NCBI RefSeq assembly: GCF_009914755.1 | Contig: NC_060929.1 | Strand: one strand, 5' to 3' | DNA: 64,000 bases | Origin: the human T2T-CHM13v2.0 reference genome, Homo sapiens | Part shown: positions 13,626 through 27,810 of the stretch, piece after piece | How the letters are laid out: each line of letters starts with the position of its first letter | Numbering within the stretch: the stretch's first letter is position 1 | Translations under genes and position numbers: made by a program | The notes under the pieces: generated by a model | What the model was told of the DNA's origin: nothing | The model's input: only the letters and a program-made list of their open reading frames with translations | Databases searched by the model: none

Positions 13626-14507
13626 CAGGGGATTCTCTAAGAGTGTAACAGGATGCAGAGAGCAAGCTTTGGCAAAGACACCTGTGGCTTCTTTAAAACT
13701 GAGTATCTCTTGGAAAGAAGGAAACTTCCAGCAACAGAACAAGTAAGAAAACATGGAAAATATACTGAGGCAGAGAGTAGAAGGGAGAAATCCACACTTG
13801 GCTCTTGAAGGATTATAGACTTGTTCCAATCCTTAGGTTGCAGCCACAGCAAGCTTTGCTTTAGGACTCTTCGGTGAGCCCAGGGTAAGTACATATGGGC
13901 TAATAACAAGAGCTTGCTTACCCCCTTTACTCTCTGGACGTGCTTCACCTGATCCTGGTCACCCTTTTCAGAATTCCTGCTCAGCAACTTACTGCTAAGT
14001 CTACTTCTTGCCTTCCTGTGGACCTAGGACATTGATATTATCTGCAATAACTGCCATTTAAATAGACATAATCTTGGAGATAATCTAACCAATCCTGATA
14101 AGCTGAAACAATATATGTTTTCACATGGGAGAGGCCTTGGTTTGAATCCTTAACTGATGCTTAGAAGACATCTAACCAAAATAAATTTACTTAACCTGAC
14201 TCTTGATTTCTCATCAAGATAATGATTTGCTCAATGAGTTTTTAACCTAAAAATATAGGATAATTTAAGTAATAATAATAACTCAAAACAACAACTAGAT
14301 TTCTGGTCTATATCTCCTCTCCTAAACCCTGATCATCATTTGTACAGCAAGTCATGAATTTTGGGTCCTTTCACTTAAAACATGTACCTTTACATTGAGT
14401 ACCTACACATGCAAAGCATTAGCCTAGAAACTGCATGGAAAACAAAAATTTACCAATCACAGGATCCTGCCCAAAAGGAAATTACAAAGTTATAATGGAC
14501 AATACAT

Positions 14508-14608
14508 AGAAGGAAGGATGGAAGGAAGGACGGATGGGAGGGAGAGAGGGAGGGAGGGAGGGAAGAAGGAAGGAAAGAAGGAAGGAAAGGAGAGAGAAGA
14601 AAGAAAGA
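14508..14608 (+). repeat. GGAA/GGGA-rich purine simple repeat
   Basis: gaaggaaggatggaaggaaggacggatgggagggagagagggagggaggg... Confidence 0.9.
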
Positions 14609-14619
14609 TTTGAAAATTG

Positions 14620-14742
14620 TCTACTGCGCACTATGCTTTGTACACACATAATCATACTCTTCACAAGCAGTCTTTTAGGTAGGTATTATTGTTCTCATTT
14701 TATGAATAAAAGAACAGAGGCTCAGAAAGATTAAGTGACTCT
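14620..14742 (-). mobile_element. MIR
   Basis: aggtaggtattattgttctcattttatgaataaaagaacagaggctcagaaagattaagtgact. Confidence 0.75.
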
Positions 14743-14749
14743 GGGGAAA

Positions 14750-15400
14750 TATTTTTAAAATGGTTCAGATAATGTGCTGCGATGTGATTACAGTAGAAAA
14801 AACATTACTTTTAACTCTGTAGTTCAGGGCTTTGTGAAGCAGATGAAATCTGAGCCCTCTATACTGGGTGGGATTTAGGCATTGGCAGAAACACCAGCAT
14901 GAGCCAGGGTTCTGACAGCAGAAAGAACATAGCCATGTCCAGGACTACCAAACAGTTAGATCATTTCATAGTATTATACACAAAGGGGAGAAGTCTTGGG
15001 AATAAGGTTGGGGCCAGATGACGGAGAACCTGAATGCCCAGCTAATGTTTTGTAAAATTACTGTGGGTAGCAGAGAACCACTGAAGATGAGTGAAAAACA
15101 TGATGCCATCAGATCTTTGGCCAGAGGCAATGTCTGAGAAAAAATTTGCATGGGGAGCATATGACAATTACCAAGGCAGGAGGTAACAGGGAGTTTGATT
15201 TAGGATTGTGGCCACAAAAATGGACAAATGATGAAGGTGTGAAAGAAAATTTGCAGAGGTAGAATCAACAGATCTTGATAGTCTTTAAATATATTTTTAA
15301 ATTTTAACTACTTTTATTTTGAATTATTATAGTTACATGACATTAGATTAGACAGTCAAGAGAAGAAAAAGTCAAAGATGTCCTGGATTTGGGCAATAAG
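14750..15400 (-). mobile_element. L2 fragments
   Basis: gggccagatgacggagaacctgaatgcc...gagaaccactgaag...gaggtagaatcaacagatcttg resembles reverse L2. Confidence 0.6.
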
Positions 15401-15812
15401 ACACCCTCACGGTAGCTGGGAGTGAATAAGGAACCAGACCCTTTTCTCTTCTACTCTATGGGCTTTCTGTTTAACAGGAAGCTAATTTTGTTACTTTTTA
15501 TGTGAACAAATAATGAAGCATATTGTTTTCATAAACCTTTGTAAAATCTGCTGCATTCTCTGACATGTTTGCAAATAACGCCACATTCTCCAGACAGTTT
15601 ATGTGCAACATGCTTCACATTACTAACAGAGAAACATCACTAAAATAATATTCTATAACAAAATTTTGAAGGTCATTCCTTAAAATATGATTTTTAAAAT
15701 GGAAATACATTGTTGAGAAATGTTAATAATTTGAGACTTACACATTAGACACACATATATTTTTACCCACTACCAATCTGGATTTTATTATTCATCTTCA
15801 AGACATTTGGAA

Positions 15813-15925
15813 CAGTGGCTGTCAACTCCAGCGGCACATTAGAATCACCTGCAGAGCTTTAAAGAACGCCATTGCCTGAGTCCTAACCCGAGTTCTGGTA
15901 TAAATGACCTAGGAGCAGCTTGGGA

Positions 15926-15979
<54 letters not shown>

Positions 15980-16049
15980 TGTGTTTTGGGGAGGGGGGCG
16001 GTTAAGCTCGCTAGATGATTTTAATGCGAAACCATGGTTGAGAAACACC
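15813..16049. mobile_element. MER5A (hAT-Charlie) with internal (TG)n
   Basis: cagtggctgtcaactc...cacattagaatcacctg...ggttgagaaacac. Confidence 0.75.
15928..15984 (+). repeat. (TG)n microsatellite, about 22 perfect units
   Basis: Directly visible. Confidence 0.98.
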
Positions 16050-16458
16050 CAGCAATAAGAAAATTTATTGATTATGTTAGAGATAATTCACTAGTTTATC
16101 TTACCATCAAAAAGACTATTTGCTACATTTATATAAATTAGACACATAAGATCCCAAACTAGTCTTGCCCTAATATTAAATATGATAAAAGTTATATCAA
16201 GAAGGAGAGCTTGGTGGGCTCAGTGGTCAGAATAGAGGGAATAAATGAACAACAAGATGTGAAGCAGGCTGACTTCTGAAACACTTTGCTTATTCTTTTC
16301 GCTTGATTCAGCAGCAACTTCTGGACTATTACAGCAGTGAAAGCTCTCCTTTGCTCCTCCCTAGTCACTCTGCAAACACTCATTTGCTGGCTGGCTGACC
16401 CTATCATGTACATCCCAAGTTCCTCCACTCATCCTCCCAGCGGCAGCGGTGACCTCCA

Positions 16459-16694
16459 GGTGCAAAGGCCAAGATAAGGCTTTTGGTCACATTGGAACTC
16501 ATAGAAACTGGGAGGGGAGAGCTAGCTGTCTGGCTCTGTTTCTCCATGTTTGCAGGAATGCTGAATGATCTGCTCATTCCCAGATCTCTTCTCTTTCCTG
16601 TCATACAATGAGTAAGGTGCTGATTAGCTAGCTCCATGGCTTAAGGCACTGTCAACAGAAATCCCATATTAAATGTGCCTGTTGCCTAGGCAGA
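16459..16694. promoter_or_regulatory. Candidate enhancer: HNF4-type DR1, GATA and RFX X-box
   Basis: GGTGCAAAGGCCA (16459-16471) abuts AGATAA (16472-16477). GTTGCCTAGGCAGA lies at 16681-16694. Confidence 0.45.
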
Positions 16695-18254
16695 GTGAAG
16701 CATTTCTTTCTATTGCTCATCATCGATAAAGAGAAAACTGCTACGCTTTCTGTAGCAGGCAGGACTGTGAGGGAATTGGACAAGGTAGCAGCCATGGGGA
16801 ATATTTAGAGTGCACAGCAGTAAGATGATCTCTAGCTTTTCTGCATTGCTCACTGCTATTCCATTAAAAAGATTTTTTTCCAGCCTGGCTCTGGTCTTCA
16901 TTCATTTTATTACTTTTCCATGGAGTCCTCCTCAATGTTCCAAGTAGAATTCTATCTATTTCTCAAAGCTTAGTTAAAATACTGTTTTACTCATCTGACC
17001 ATACCAACTTAAATAATCTTTCTCTCCTCTCTCAGCTTTGGAATTAGATATTTTTGCACTTGTCATTCTTCTTCACTATACTTAAGCATCCCAAGACAGA
17101 ATTTTGCCTTTGTCCAATGTATATACAACATGGCACCAATTGCCATCCAGTGCACATAACAGGTATTCAACAAATCTGATAAATGAATTAACTAATATAG
17201 ATCACTCTAAATCTCATCAAATAATTCATGAACAACTGGAATTATTTCAGTATTGAAATAACTAGTAAGTTTGGACATGAGAGAGGTGAAAGGCTCAAGA
17301 GCCTCCCCTGGAATGGATATCTAAAGAGGTATTTAATTATTTGACATAAATAATGGACTTGTATCTGAAACAAATATGAATATTCTCACCTAACTTTATC
17401 TTATGGGATTGCAGTTGTTTTTTTCCAACTCTTTAATAGTAGCATATGTTCTTTTCTGAAACACTATTTAAATAAGCTTGATTTATGCAAGTCCCAGAAG
17501 TCACTCCTTGTAATTGTACCACTGAAATCACTATAATTCTTGGTTTAAAGAAGTTAATATATTTTCTGCCAGAGTGACAAGAGGGTCATCACTTATCTCT
17601 GAGCCCTCCATGTGGCACACTCAAGAATGACTTCTCCATCTCCAAGGACTGACAAGCTGTATGTTTATTTATGAGACCTTAATCCAAACTATCCTTGTTT
17701 CCTGATTGCTGGGGGAGCTATGAGGAAGAGATTTTAATTACCAAAGTCCTCAACAGTTCTAAGTTACTTAAGAGTCATCTTAACATTGCTTTCATTGCAA
17801 CCCATGGGGTTTTAGCCTATTTAAAATTGCTTTGCTTTTACTTCACAAACCTTGTTTGACCCAAATCAACCTTGTTTCAGTTGATAAGTTTCACAAAATT
17901 TGAAGAAGTATTTGGAAACTTTTTTCATTTCCACACATCCTTTGAGGTTTTCCTACCCTACAAAGTACCTAGCAGAGAGCCTTTCAGATATCCAGTACTC
18001 AGGATACTTGGAGAAATAACAAATGAATGAGGGAATGGTCTTTACATTTTGCCAGTAGAAGTAATTGAGATCTGAATTTGAGATATGTTGGTATTTAGTT
18101 TCAAAAATGGAAACATGATGGAATTTTTGGCTGAAAAACTTCCTTTGAAATCTATCTAAACATCTTATAAATAAGATATGCCCTTGCCTTTGTTCATAGG
18201 TATCTTGTGATACATATGTCCAAATCTTTCAACTAGGTTATAAATTACTGAGGA

Positions 18255-18560
<306 letters not shown>

Positions 18561-18929
18561 TTACAGAGGAATTATGTTTATTGCTCAGCACAGAACCTAG
18601 CACCTGGTAGTAGATGTTCTATAAATGTGCATGGTTGATCTATTTCTACATCGTGCAATATTTCACCTTCAGACTTGTGTCTCCACCATCATATAGTCTC
18701 CTTCCAGATAGAACCTGCTGGATTGGAATTTAGTGTCCAAGATCAGACCAAGCTATTTACGCAAACATAATATCAAGACCAGCTCATTGGAAAATTGCAA
18801 AACAGCAAAGAATGTCCTCATTGACCCTTTTCCTCACAATTTTCTTCTTCTCCATCAGGTAATCATTGATCCCTTCTTGCTTTCATAAAGGATCTGATCT
18901 ACTCAATACAAAGGTGTATTAAGAAACAA

Positions 18930-19360
18930 AAGCAAATGTACATAAATGGGAATGCATCGAACTAAAAGCTTACATCTGCACCACAAGAAAATAACCAACA
19001 GTATGAAGAAACAGCCTATACAATAACAAAAAATATTTGCATCCGATATGAATATTCGCACCTGATATGAAGTTAATATTCAAAATACAGAACTCAATAG
19101 CAAGAAAATAAATAACTCATTTTTTAAAAAGGTAAAGGATCGGAATAGACATTTCTTAAAAGACATACAAATGGCCAACAGATATATGAAAAAGTGGTCA
19201 ACATCACTAATCATAGGAAAATGCAAATCAAAACCACAATATCACCTCATACCTGTTGAATGGCTATTATGAAGAAGAAAAAAAGATAATAAATATTGGG
19301 GAGGATATGGAGAAGAGGGAACCCTTGTACCCTGTTGGTGGGAGTGTAAATTAATACAAG
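18930..19360 (+). mobile_element. L1M ORF2 3' fragment
   Basis: aatagacatttct...caaatggccaacag...atgcaaatcaaaaccacaat...ctgttggtgggagtgtaaatta. Confidence 0.85.
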
Positions 19361-19864
19361 CACCATTCAAATGAGCCACCATTTTAGCAAGTCACTACTG
19401 CAGCAAAACTAACAGCTGTAAAGTCTATCGGTGGACTATGAGCAGCCCTATAGGAAAAAAAAGAAAGCTACACTGGTACTTCCCCATTGATCACAGGCAA
19501 AGCGTGAACTCTCTGTTGAATTGATTTTGCTTAGAAGAAATACAAGAAAGGTTTCCCAGAACACCTTTGAAAGTTGGTGCCTTATAAATGGAAACAAAGA
19601 AATCACTTAAAAGAAAACTTGTTTGTTTCAACAGACAGGTCGTTAGGCTGCTTCTTGCTGTGTAGATCACAATGGTGACCAAGTGCTGGCGGTGAATGGG
19701 CCACGCTGCATTCATTATTTACCAACAAGATTAAAGGAATAGTGACTATGACATTATTATTTCAAACTCTAATTTTCTAGGATTAACAGGGAAGGTCAGC
19801 ATTAAAAACACTTTATTTTCTTACATTCACTTTTCTTTTAATCATGACCAGTCAAGATAATGTG

Positions 19865-20400
19865 AATGAGATATCTATTTCTGTGTAATGAATTATCCCC
19901 AAATGTAGCATCTTAAAGCAACAAATATCTCTTACCTCACACAGTTTCTAAGGATCAAGAATTCAGGAGAGCTTAGGGTCTCTCAAGAGATTGCAGTCAA
20001 GCCGCCAGCTGAGGCTGCTGCTACTGCAAGTCTCAACTGGAGCTAGAGAAGCACTTCTCGAGTCACTCACATGGTTGTTGACTTGTCTCAGTTCCTTGCT
20101 GACTGTTGGCTGGAGGCCTCCATATTTTACCATGTGGCCTTCTTCCATAGGCTGCTTGAGTGTCTTTGTGAGTTGACAGCTAGCTGCCTCCAGAGTGAGT
20201 GATTGGAGAAAGAGAAACTGTAACCAAGACAGAAGCCACAGTTTTTATAACCTAACCTCCAAAGTGGCACATCATAACTCCTCCTGAATTTTCTTGGCCA
20301 CAGAGATCAACCCTGATACAATTTGAAAGGAGATGACCCAAAAATCTGAATACCAGAAAGTGCAGATCACTGGAGGCCATCTTGGAAGCTGGTTACCACA
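19865..20400 (-). mobile_element. MaLR solo LTR (MLT1F-like)
   Basis: cttaaagcaacaaa...cacagtttctaaggatcaagaattcagg...ggccatcttggaagctggttaccaca. Confidence 0.8.
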
Positions 20401-20481
20401 GAATATTTCTTTAGATGCCAATTCTCTATGATGTATCTAAAGAATCTGATGTTCCAAGGATAGTTTATTACCCCCACCAAG

Positions 20482-20984
20482 CAGTAGTTCCTAACTTTTT
20501 TGGGGGTGGGGCAGGGGAGTAACATAGGTTCCTTTTAAGTCTCTAATGAAAGCTCTGAATATACTTCCCAAGAGAATGTACAGTTGACCCTCTATATTAG
20601 TAGGTTCTTCATCCACAATTTAACCAACTGGGGATTAAAAATATTCCACAAAAGTAACAATACAACCACAAAAATAATAATAAAAATCATTGTTTATAAC
20701 AACTATTTACATAGAATTTACATATTATTAGTTATTAGCAGTATTCTAGAGATAAAGTGTATGGAAGAATATAGGTTAAATATTAACACTATACCATTTT
20801 ATGTAAGGAACTTAAGCATCCACTGGGTTTTGTATCTGCAGTCTTGGTATTTGGCTCTGGAATCAATCCCCTACAGATTCCAAGGGATGACTGTACAAAT
20901 GAGTCATTATAATTTTGTACATAATTTCCAAGAGTCCAAGGAGTCCCTAAAGATTTTCTAATAACTTCAGGTTCAGAAACACTG
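20482..20984. mobile_element. Charlie4z-like hAT MITE interrupted by MER2
   Basis: cagtagttcctaac...atgaaagctctgaatatacttccc / aattttgtacataatttc...ggttcagaaacactg. Confidence 0.6.
20581..20893 (-). mobile_element. MER2 (TcMar-Tigger MITE)
   Basis: TA-cagttgaccc...caagggatgactg-TA. Reverse orientation relative to the 6865 copy. Confidence 0.82.
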
Positions 20985-21481
20985 TCGTTAATAGTTAACC
21001 TTCATCTTGCAATCCCTAAGCACAAGGACATAGCTGCCATTGGGAACTTATAGTAGGACATACATTTAGATAATGAAAGATAGACTTATTTAATGAAAAA
21101 GGCATAGTTGGCATTTTTATTTAACCAGAAATTCAAAGAGTTTTGAATAGAACATGGCCATTTTCTAAGCCAGACTTGCAAAAAATTCCTGTATGGGAAA
21201 CTCAAATGCTTATTTATATGTTGCCGTCTTTGAAAGATAAAGAATTCCTGGGGTGCTGATTTTTTCAGGGCAAAGTAAAGGGAGATGGAGGAATTCTGCT
21301 ATGGAGAACTCCTATGAACAAAAATGTAGTGTTTCACCATAAGTGTTTGATAATATATGAGAGATATCTATGTTTAAGAAACTGTGGTCAATAAAATTGA
21401 GCCTAATTTGATATTTTTGTAAGACCTCTTCCCATTCTTTCTTTTTCAGGTTTTCATTTTGAAATCCAGACGTTAAACCAC

Positions 21482-21847
21482 TGTCTTAGTCCACTTTCTG
21501 TTGCTATAACAGAATACTATAGGTTGAGTAACTTACAAAGAAAAGAAGTTTATTTAGCTTATGGTTCTGGAGGCTGTGAAGGCCAAGAGCATGGTATCAG
21601 CACCTGACAAAGGCACGGCAGAAAGCATCATATGGTGAGAGCACATGAAATAGAGAGAGCTTGCTTTTATGCCAAAGCCACTCTTGCAATAGCTAATCCA
21701 CTCTCATGATAACAGCATTAATCTATTCATGATGGAAGAACTCTTATGACCTAATTACCTCTTAAAAGTTCCACTCTATCAGCACTGCTACATTGGGGAT
21801 TAAGTTTCTAATACAGGAATTTTGGGAGATACACTCAAACCATAGCA
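21482..21847 (-). mobile_element. MaLR solo LTR (MSTC/MSTD-like)
   Basis: tgtcttagtcc...ttgctataacagaatac...ttggggattaagtttc...caaaccatagca. Confidence 0.82.
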
Positions 21848-22084
21848 AACATAGACACTCTGCTCCAGCCTACTAGCTACTTTTACTGAGTTATTATCTT
21901 TCTTTTCCACTAAAGGTAATTTTTAACCAAGTTCCCCAAACATGACCTTCCTCTTCCAACTGGCCATTTAGAATTTCAGTAGATCCTATGTTCTGGTATC
22001 ATTTAATGAAAGACTTTGGACACAGAGTGAAAGTTTATGATACTCTAGGACTATGTTCCCTTCCTATGCATTCTCATAGCATCC

Positions 22085-22437
22085 TATATGTGTGTACATA
22101 TATGTATATATAATTATATATACTAGTACTATATATATACAGATATATAGTATATGTAGATATAGTACTACATATATGTGTATATATGTAGATATAATTA
22201 TATAACAAGTACATATTATATATACTAGTATATAATTTATATATAATCCTATATATACATATGTTATATATAGTATATATACTAGTATATATAATATATA
22301 CATATATGTAATACATATGTGTATATAATTATATATATTAGTGTATATATACATACATATAGTATATATAATTCTATATACTAGTATATATGACTAGTAT
22401 ATAGAATTATATATACTAGTACTAGGATAGTACTATA
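22085..22437. repeat. TA-rich low-complexity tract with embedded palindromes
   Basis: About 350 bp of degenerate (TA)n with repeated TACTAGTA. Confidence 0.95.
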
Positions 22438-22559
22438 CAAATTAGACAATTTGTACAAAATGGACTATATAATATTCTAAATTAGTAATTATTATTCCAT
22501 AGTTCTATATGGAAGGAAATACAACCATGAATCTTACAGGGCTGAAGTAAAATAGTAAG

Positions 22560-22780
22560 AGATCATGGACTGAGTTGGGAAGACTGGCTTTGATAGTTCT
22601 TAGCTGGGCAAACTAGGCTCAGTCTCTGGTCTGTTACCTCATCAGTTACCCCATACAAAATGGCATAATACATTATATGACCACTTTATAGAATTTTGGG
22701 GGGTCCAATGGGACAATTAATGTGGAAAATATCTTGTAAACCATGAAATACTAGACTTTTTATGTATTATCATTATTATT
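22560..22780 (+). mobile_element. MIR
   Basis: catggactgagttgggaagactgg...ctcagtctctgg...ttgtaaaccatgaa...tattatcattattatt. Confidence 0.55.
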
Positions 22781-23569
22781 AAATGCACTGTTTAGTTGAC
22801 AGAGCTGCTATGCAACAAGATAAATAGGTAATTTTTGTGTTTAAAAAGTGTCTCTCAGAGAGAAATCTATGCTCACTGGTCTGATGGTGTCAGAAAAAAA
22901 AAATACTTTCGCATGGTAAATAGCCATTTCTGTTCTGAAGGCTAAATTCTGTGTCCTCTGTCATTATAAAACCAGTTATTGATCTTGACAAGTACAGAAA
23001 GTACTTTGCAGAAAATAGATATGACAAGGTCCCTAAGTACTAGGTTTGCATCTAAACAGAGATAGAAGACTTGGCCTCAATAATAAAGCTCACCCACTTC
23101 CCTGAAAGTATGGCCTAACCCCGAAGGTTTGGAAATCTGTGAATACAGAATAAAAGGTAACTAGGCAAACTCATGAGTTTGTCTCTACACATGTCAGTAA
23201 AAACGTGGGTATACTCATGCATCACAGCCCCTTATCATAAATGGAAATTTGGAAATGGCTCATATAGACACTTTGTGGGATGTAGTAGCATTGACAAAAA
23301 TAGAACCTATGTTTCTAGCCTTAAAACAATAAAAAGTAACTAATCTTTTACACAAGAGTCAACTTTCAGCAAGCCACAAGCTGAATTATGGGATAACACA
23401 CTGATTATTTGATAAGTGTGCTGTTTTTATTCCCTCTAATCAAGTACAAAGATCTTGTTCAAATTCCCATCTCAATGTGATAAGTGTACTCAGCAAATAA
23501 TTAAACATAGAGTAAACAAAAAACTTCATAAATCTCTTTTAGAAGCAACTTTACATTTTGTTCCCAAAA

Positions 23570-23632
23570 TGATCTGCCTGCCTCAGTCTTCCAAAGTGCT
23601 GGGATTACAGGTGTGAGCCACCACACTTGGCT
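23570..23632 (-). mobile_element. Alu 5'-end fragment (about 60 nt)
   Basis: tgatctgcctgcctcagtcttccaaagtgctgggattacaggtgtgagccacc. The rest of the Alu is absent. Confidence 0.88.
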
Positions 23633-25282
<1,650 letters not shown>

Positions 25283-25286
<4 letters not shown>

Positions 25287-26354
25287 TGACAATAATTTCT
25301 TGGATATGACATCAAAAGCACAAACAACAAAAGTGAAACTAGACAAGTGGGACTACATCAAACTAAAATGCAACCAGGAAGCGAAGGAAACAACACAGTG
25401 AAAAGGCAACCCATGGAATAGGAGAAAGTATTTGCAAACCATACATCTGATAAGAGTTTGGTATCCAAAATATATTTGGAACCCAAACAACTCAGTATCA
25501 AGAAAACACATAACCCTATTAAAATATTGACAAAGGATTTGAATAGACATTTCTCAAAAGAAGACATGCAAATGGCTAACATGTAGATAAAAAATGTTCA
25601 ACATCACTAATCATCAGGGAAATGCAAATCAAAACCACAATATCACCTCACATCTATTAGAATAGCTGTTATCAAAAAGACAAAAGAAAAGAAGTGTTAG
25701 TAAGGATGTAAAGGAAAGAGAACACTTGTACACTGTTGGTGGAAATGTAAATTAGGACAGTCATTATGGAAAACTGTATGAAGCTTCCTCAAAAAATTAA
25801 AAATAGAACTACCATATGATCTGGAATTTCTACTTCGGGGCATATATCCAAAGGAAATAAAATCTGTATGTTGAAGAGATATTTGCATTCCATGTTCTTT
25901 GAAGCATTATTCGCAATAGCCAAGATATAGTATCAAACTACATGTTCATTGATAGGTGAATGGATAAAGAAAATGTAGTGGTTGTGTGTATACTATTCAG
26001 CCTTTAAAAAGAAGTTAATCCTGCCATATGCAACAACACGTTTGAACCTAGAGGACATTATGCTAAGTGAAATAAGCTAGATACAGGGAAAAAAACATGG
26101 CATGATTCCACTTGATAAGAAATTAAAATAGTTAAACTCATAGAAACAGAGTAAAACAGTGGTTGCCAGGGTCTGAGGAGGGGGAAATGAGGGATTGCTG
26201 TTAGATAAGTATGAAGTTTCAGTTATGTAAGACGAATAAGTCCTAGAGATTGTCAATACAATATTGTGCCTGTACTTTACAATACTGTATTGTCTACTTA
26301 AATTATTTTAAGATTGTAGATCTCAATTTAAATGTTCTTACCATAATAAAAAAA
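25283..26354 (+). mobile_element. L1MA9/10-like 3' end
   Basis: ORF2 C-terminal region then gtttcagttatgtaagacgaataagtcctagagat...gttcttaccataataaaa. Confidence 0.88.
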
Positions 26355-26603
26355 CAAGCAAAAGCATTACAGCAGGTCAAAAATAACACTAAGATTTGTT
26401 TCAATAATAAATTCTGGTAAAATGTATTTGGCATTTTAATAAGTGAAACAGTGCTTTTTTTCAAAAAGACTTACTGCTTCCCATGGCATCATGAGATCAT
26501 ATCAGGAGATATTCTGGGGTTGCATTTATATGTATCACATGGTAAGCTCAATACCAGGATTTGGTAAGTTAATTGAAAAGAATGAAAAAATTCTATTAAC
26601 TTC

Positions 26604-26892
26604 TTTTTTTTTTGAGACAGAGTCTCAGTCTCTTGCCCAGGCTGGAGTGCAGTGGCACCATCTTGGCTCACTGAGAACTCTGTCTCCCAGGTTCAAGCAA
26701 TTCTCCTGCCTCAGCCTCCTGAGTAGCTGGGATTACAGGTGTCTGCCACCACACCTGGCTAATTTTGTATTTTTAGTAGAGACGGGGTTGCACCATCTTG
26801 GCCAGGCTGGTCTGGAACTCCTGACCTTATGATCCATCCGCCTCAGCCCCCCAAAGTGCTGGGATTACAGGCATAAGCCACTGCACCCGGCC
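26604..26892 (-). mobile_element. AluS-type element with TSD
   Basis: Full Alu. TSD ctattaacttctt at 26593 and 26893. Confidence 0.93.
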
Positions 26893-26899
26893 CTATTAA

Positions 26900-27810
26900 C
26901 TTCTTATTGAAGAATAATATGTATACAAAAATTGCACGTAAGTGTAAACATCAATACATTTGTATAAAGAGTACACCACATAAGCAGCACCCTGATCAAA
27001 AAGCAGCATATTATCAGCACCCAGAAGTCCCCTATGTGCCCTCTTCTAGGCAGTAGCTCTCCTACTCCATAAGGGTAACAACTATCCTGATTTCTAAAAC
27101 CAAAACAATACTTTTGCCTGTTTTTGCACTTTGTTTAAATGGAATCATATAGTATGCATTCTTTTGTGCCTGGCAACCTTATGTTGAGAGATTAATTAAT
27201 CTTTTAAAATGTAGTTGCAACTACATGCTATCCATTCATTCTCACAGCTGATTAGTATTAGAGTTGTATTCTTAGGTTCTTGTGAATATATTACAATTTA
27301 TTAGTTGGTTCTTTCTTTGATGGGCATTGGGTACTTTCCAGCTTTTGTCTGTTAATACTGGTGTTACCATGAAACACTCTTGTATAGTCTTTTATGAAAA
27401 GTTGCATGCAATTCTGTTTGAGATACATCTAGGACTAGAATTACTGGGTCATAGGTTATGCATTTGTTCAGCTTTAGTAGATACTGCCAAAGAGTTTTTC
27501 AAGCCAATTATCAATACACACTATCACAGGAAGTGATTGAGGGTTCTGGTTGCTCCACATTCTTGCCAACACTAGGCATTGTCTATCTTTTTTTATTGTA
27601 GCAATTTTTGTGGTGTGTACTTGTATTGAATTATGGGTTTGGTTTTCCTCAATGATTAGATTGAGCCCCTTTTTATATGCTTATTGACTATTTGGATTTC
27701 TTCTTTGGTGAAGGGCTTCTTGTTTAAGTCTTTTGCTCATTTTCCTAATGGGATGTGTGTCTCATTCTTATTGATTTGTACTAGTTCTTTATATATTCTG
27801 CATTCAAGTC
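26900..27810 (-). mobile_element. L1ME-like 3' end
   Basis: atcagcacccagaagtccc...aactatcctgatttct...ggaatcatatagtatg...gaattactgggtcatagg. Confidence 0.8.

Noticed and set aside
14508-14608. GGAA tract as an EWS-FLI1 enhancer
   Set aside because: Only 2-3 consecutive perfect GGAA units.
22064-22354. Ile/Tyr-rich ORFs, or the TA tract as a CRISPR-like array
   Set aside because: Low-complexity (TA)n translation with no constant repeat and unique spacer structure, in eukaryotic context.
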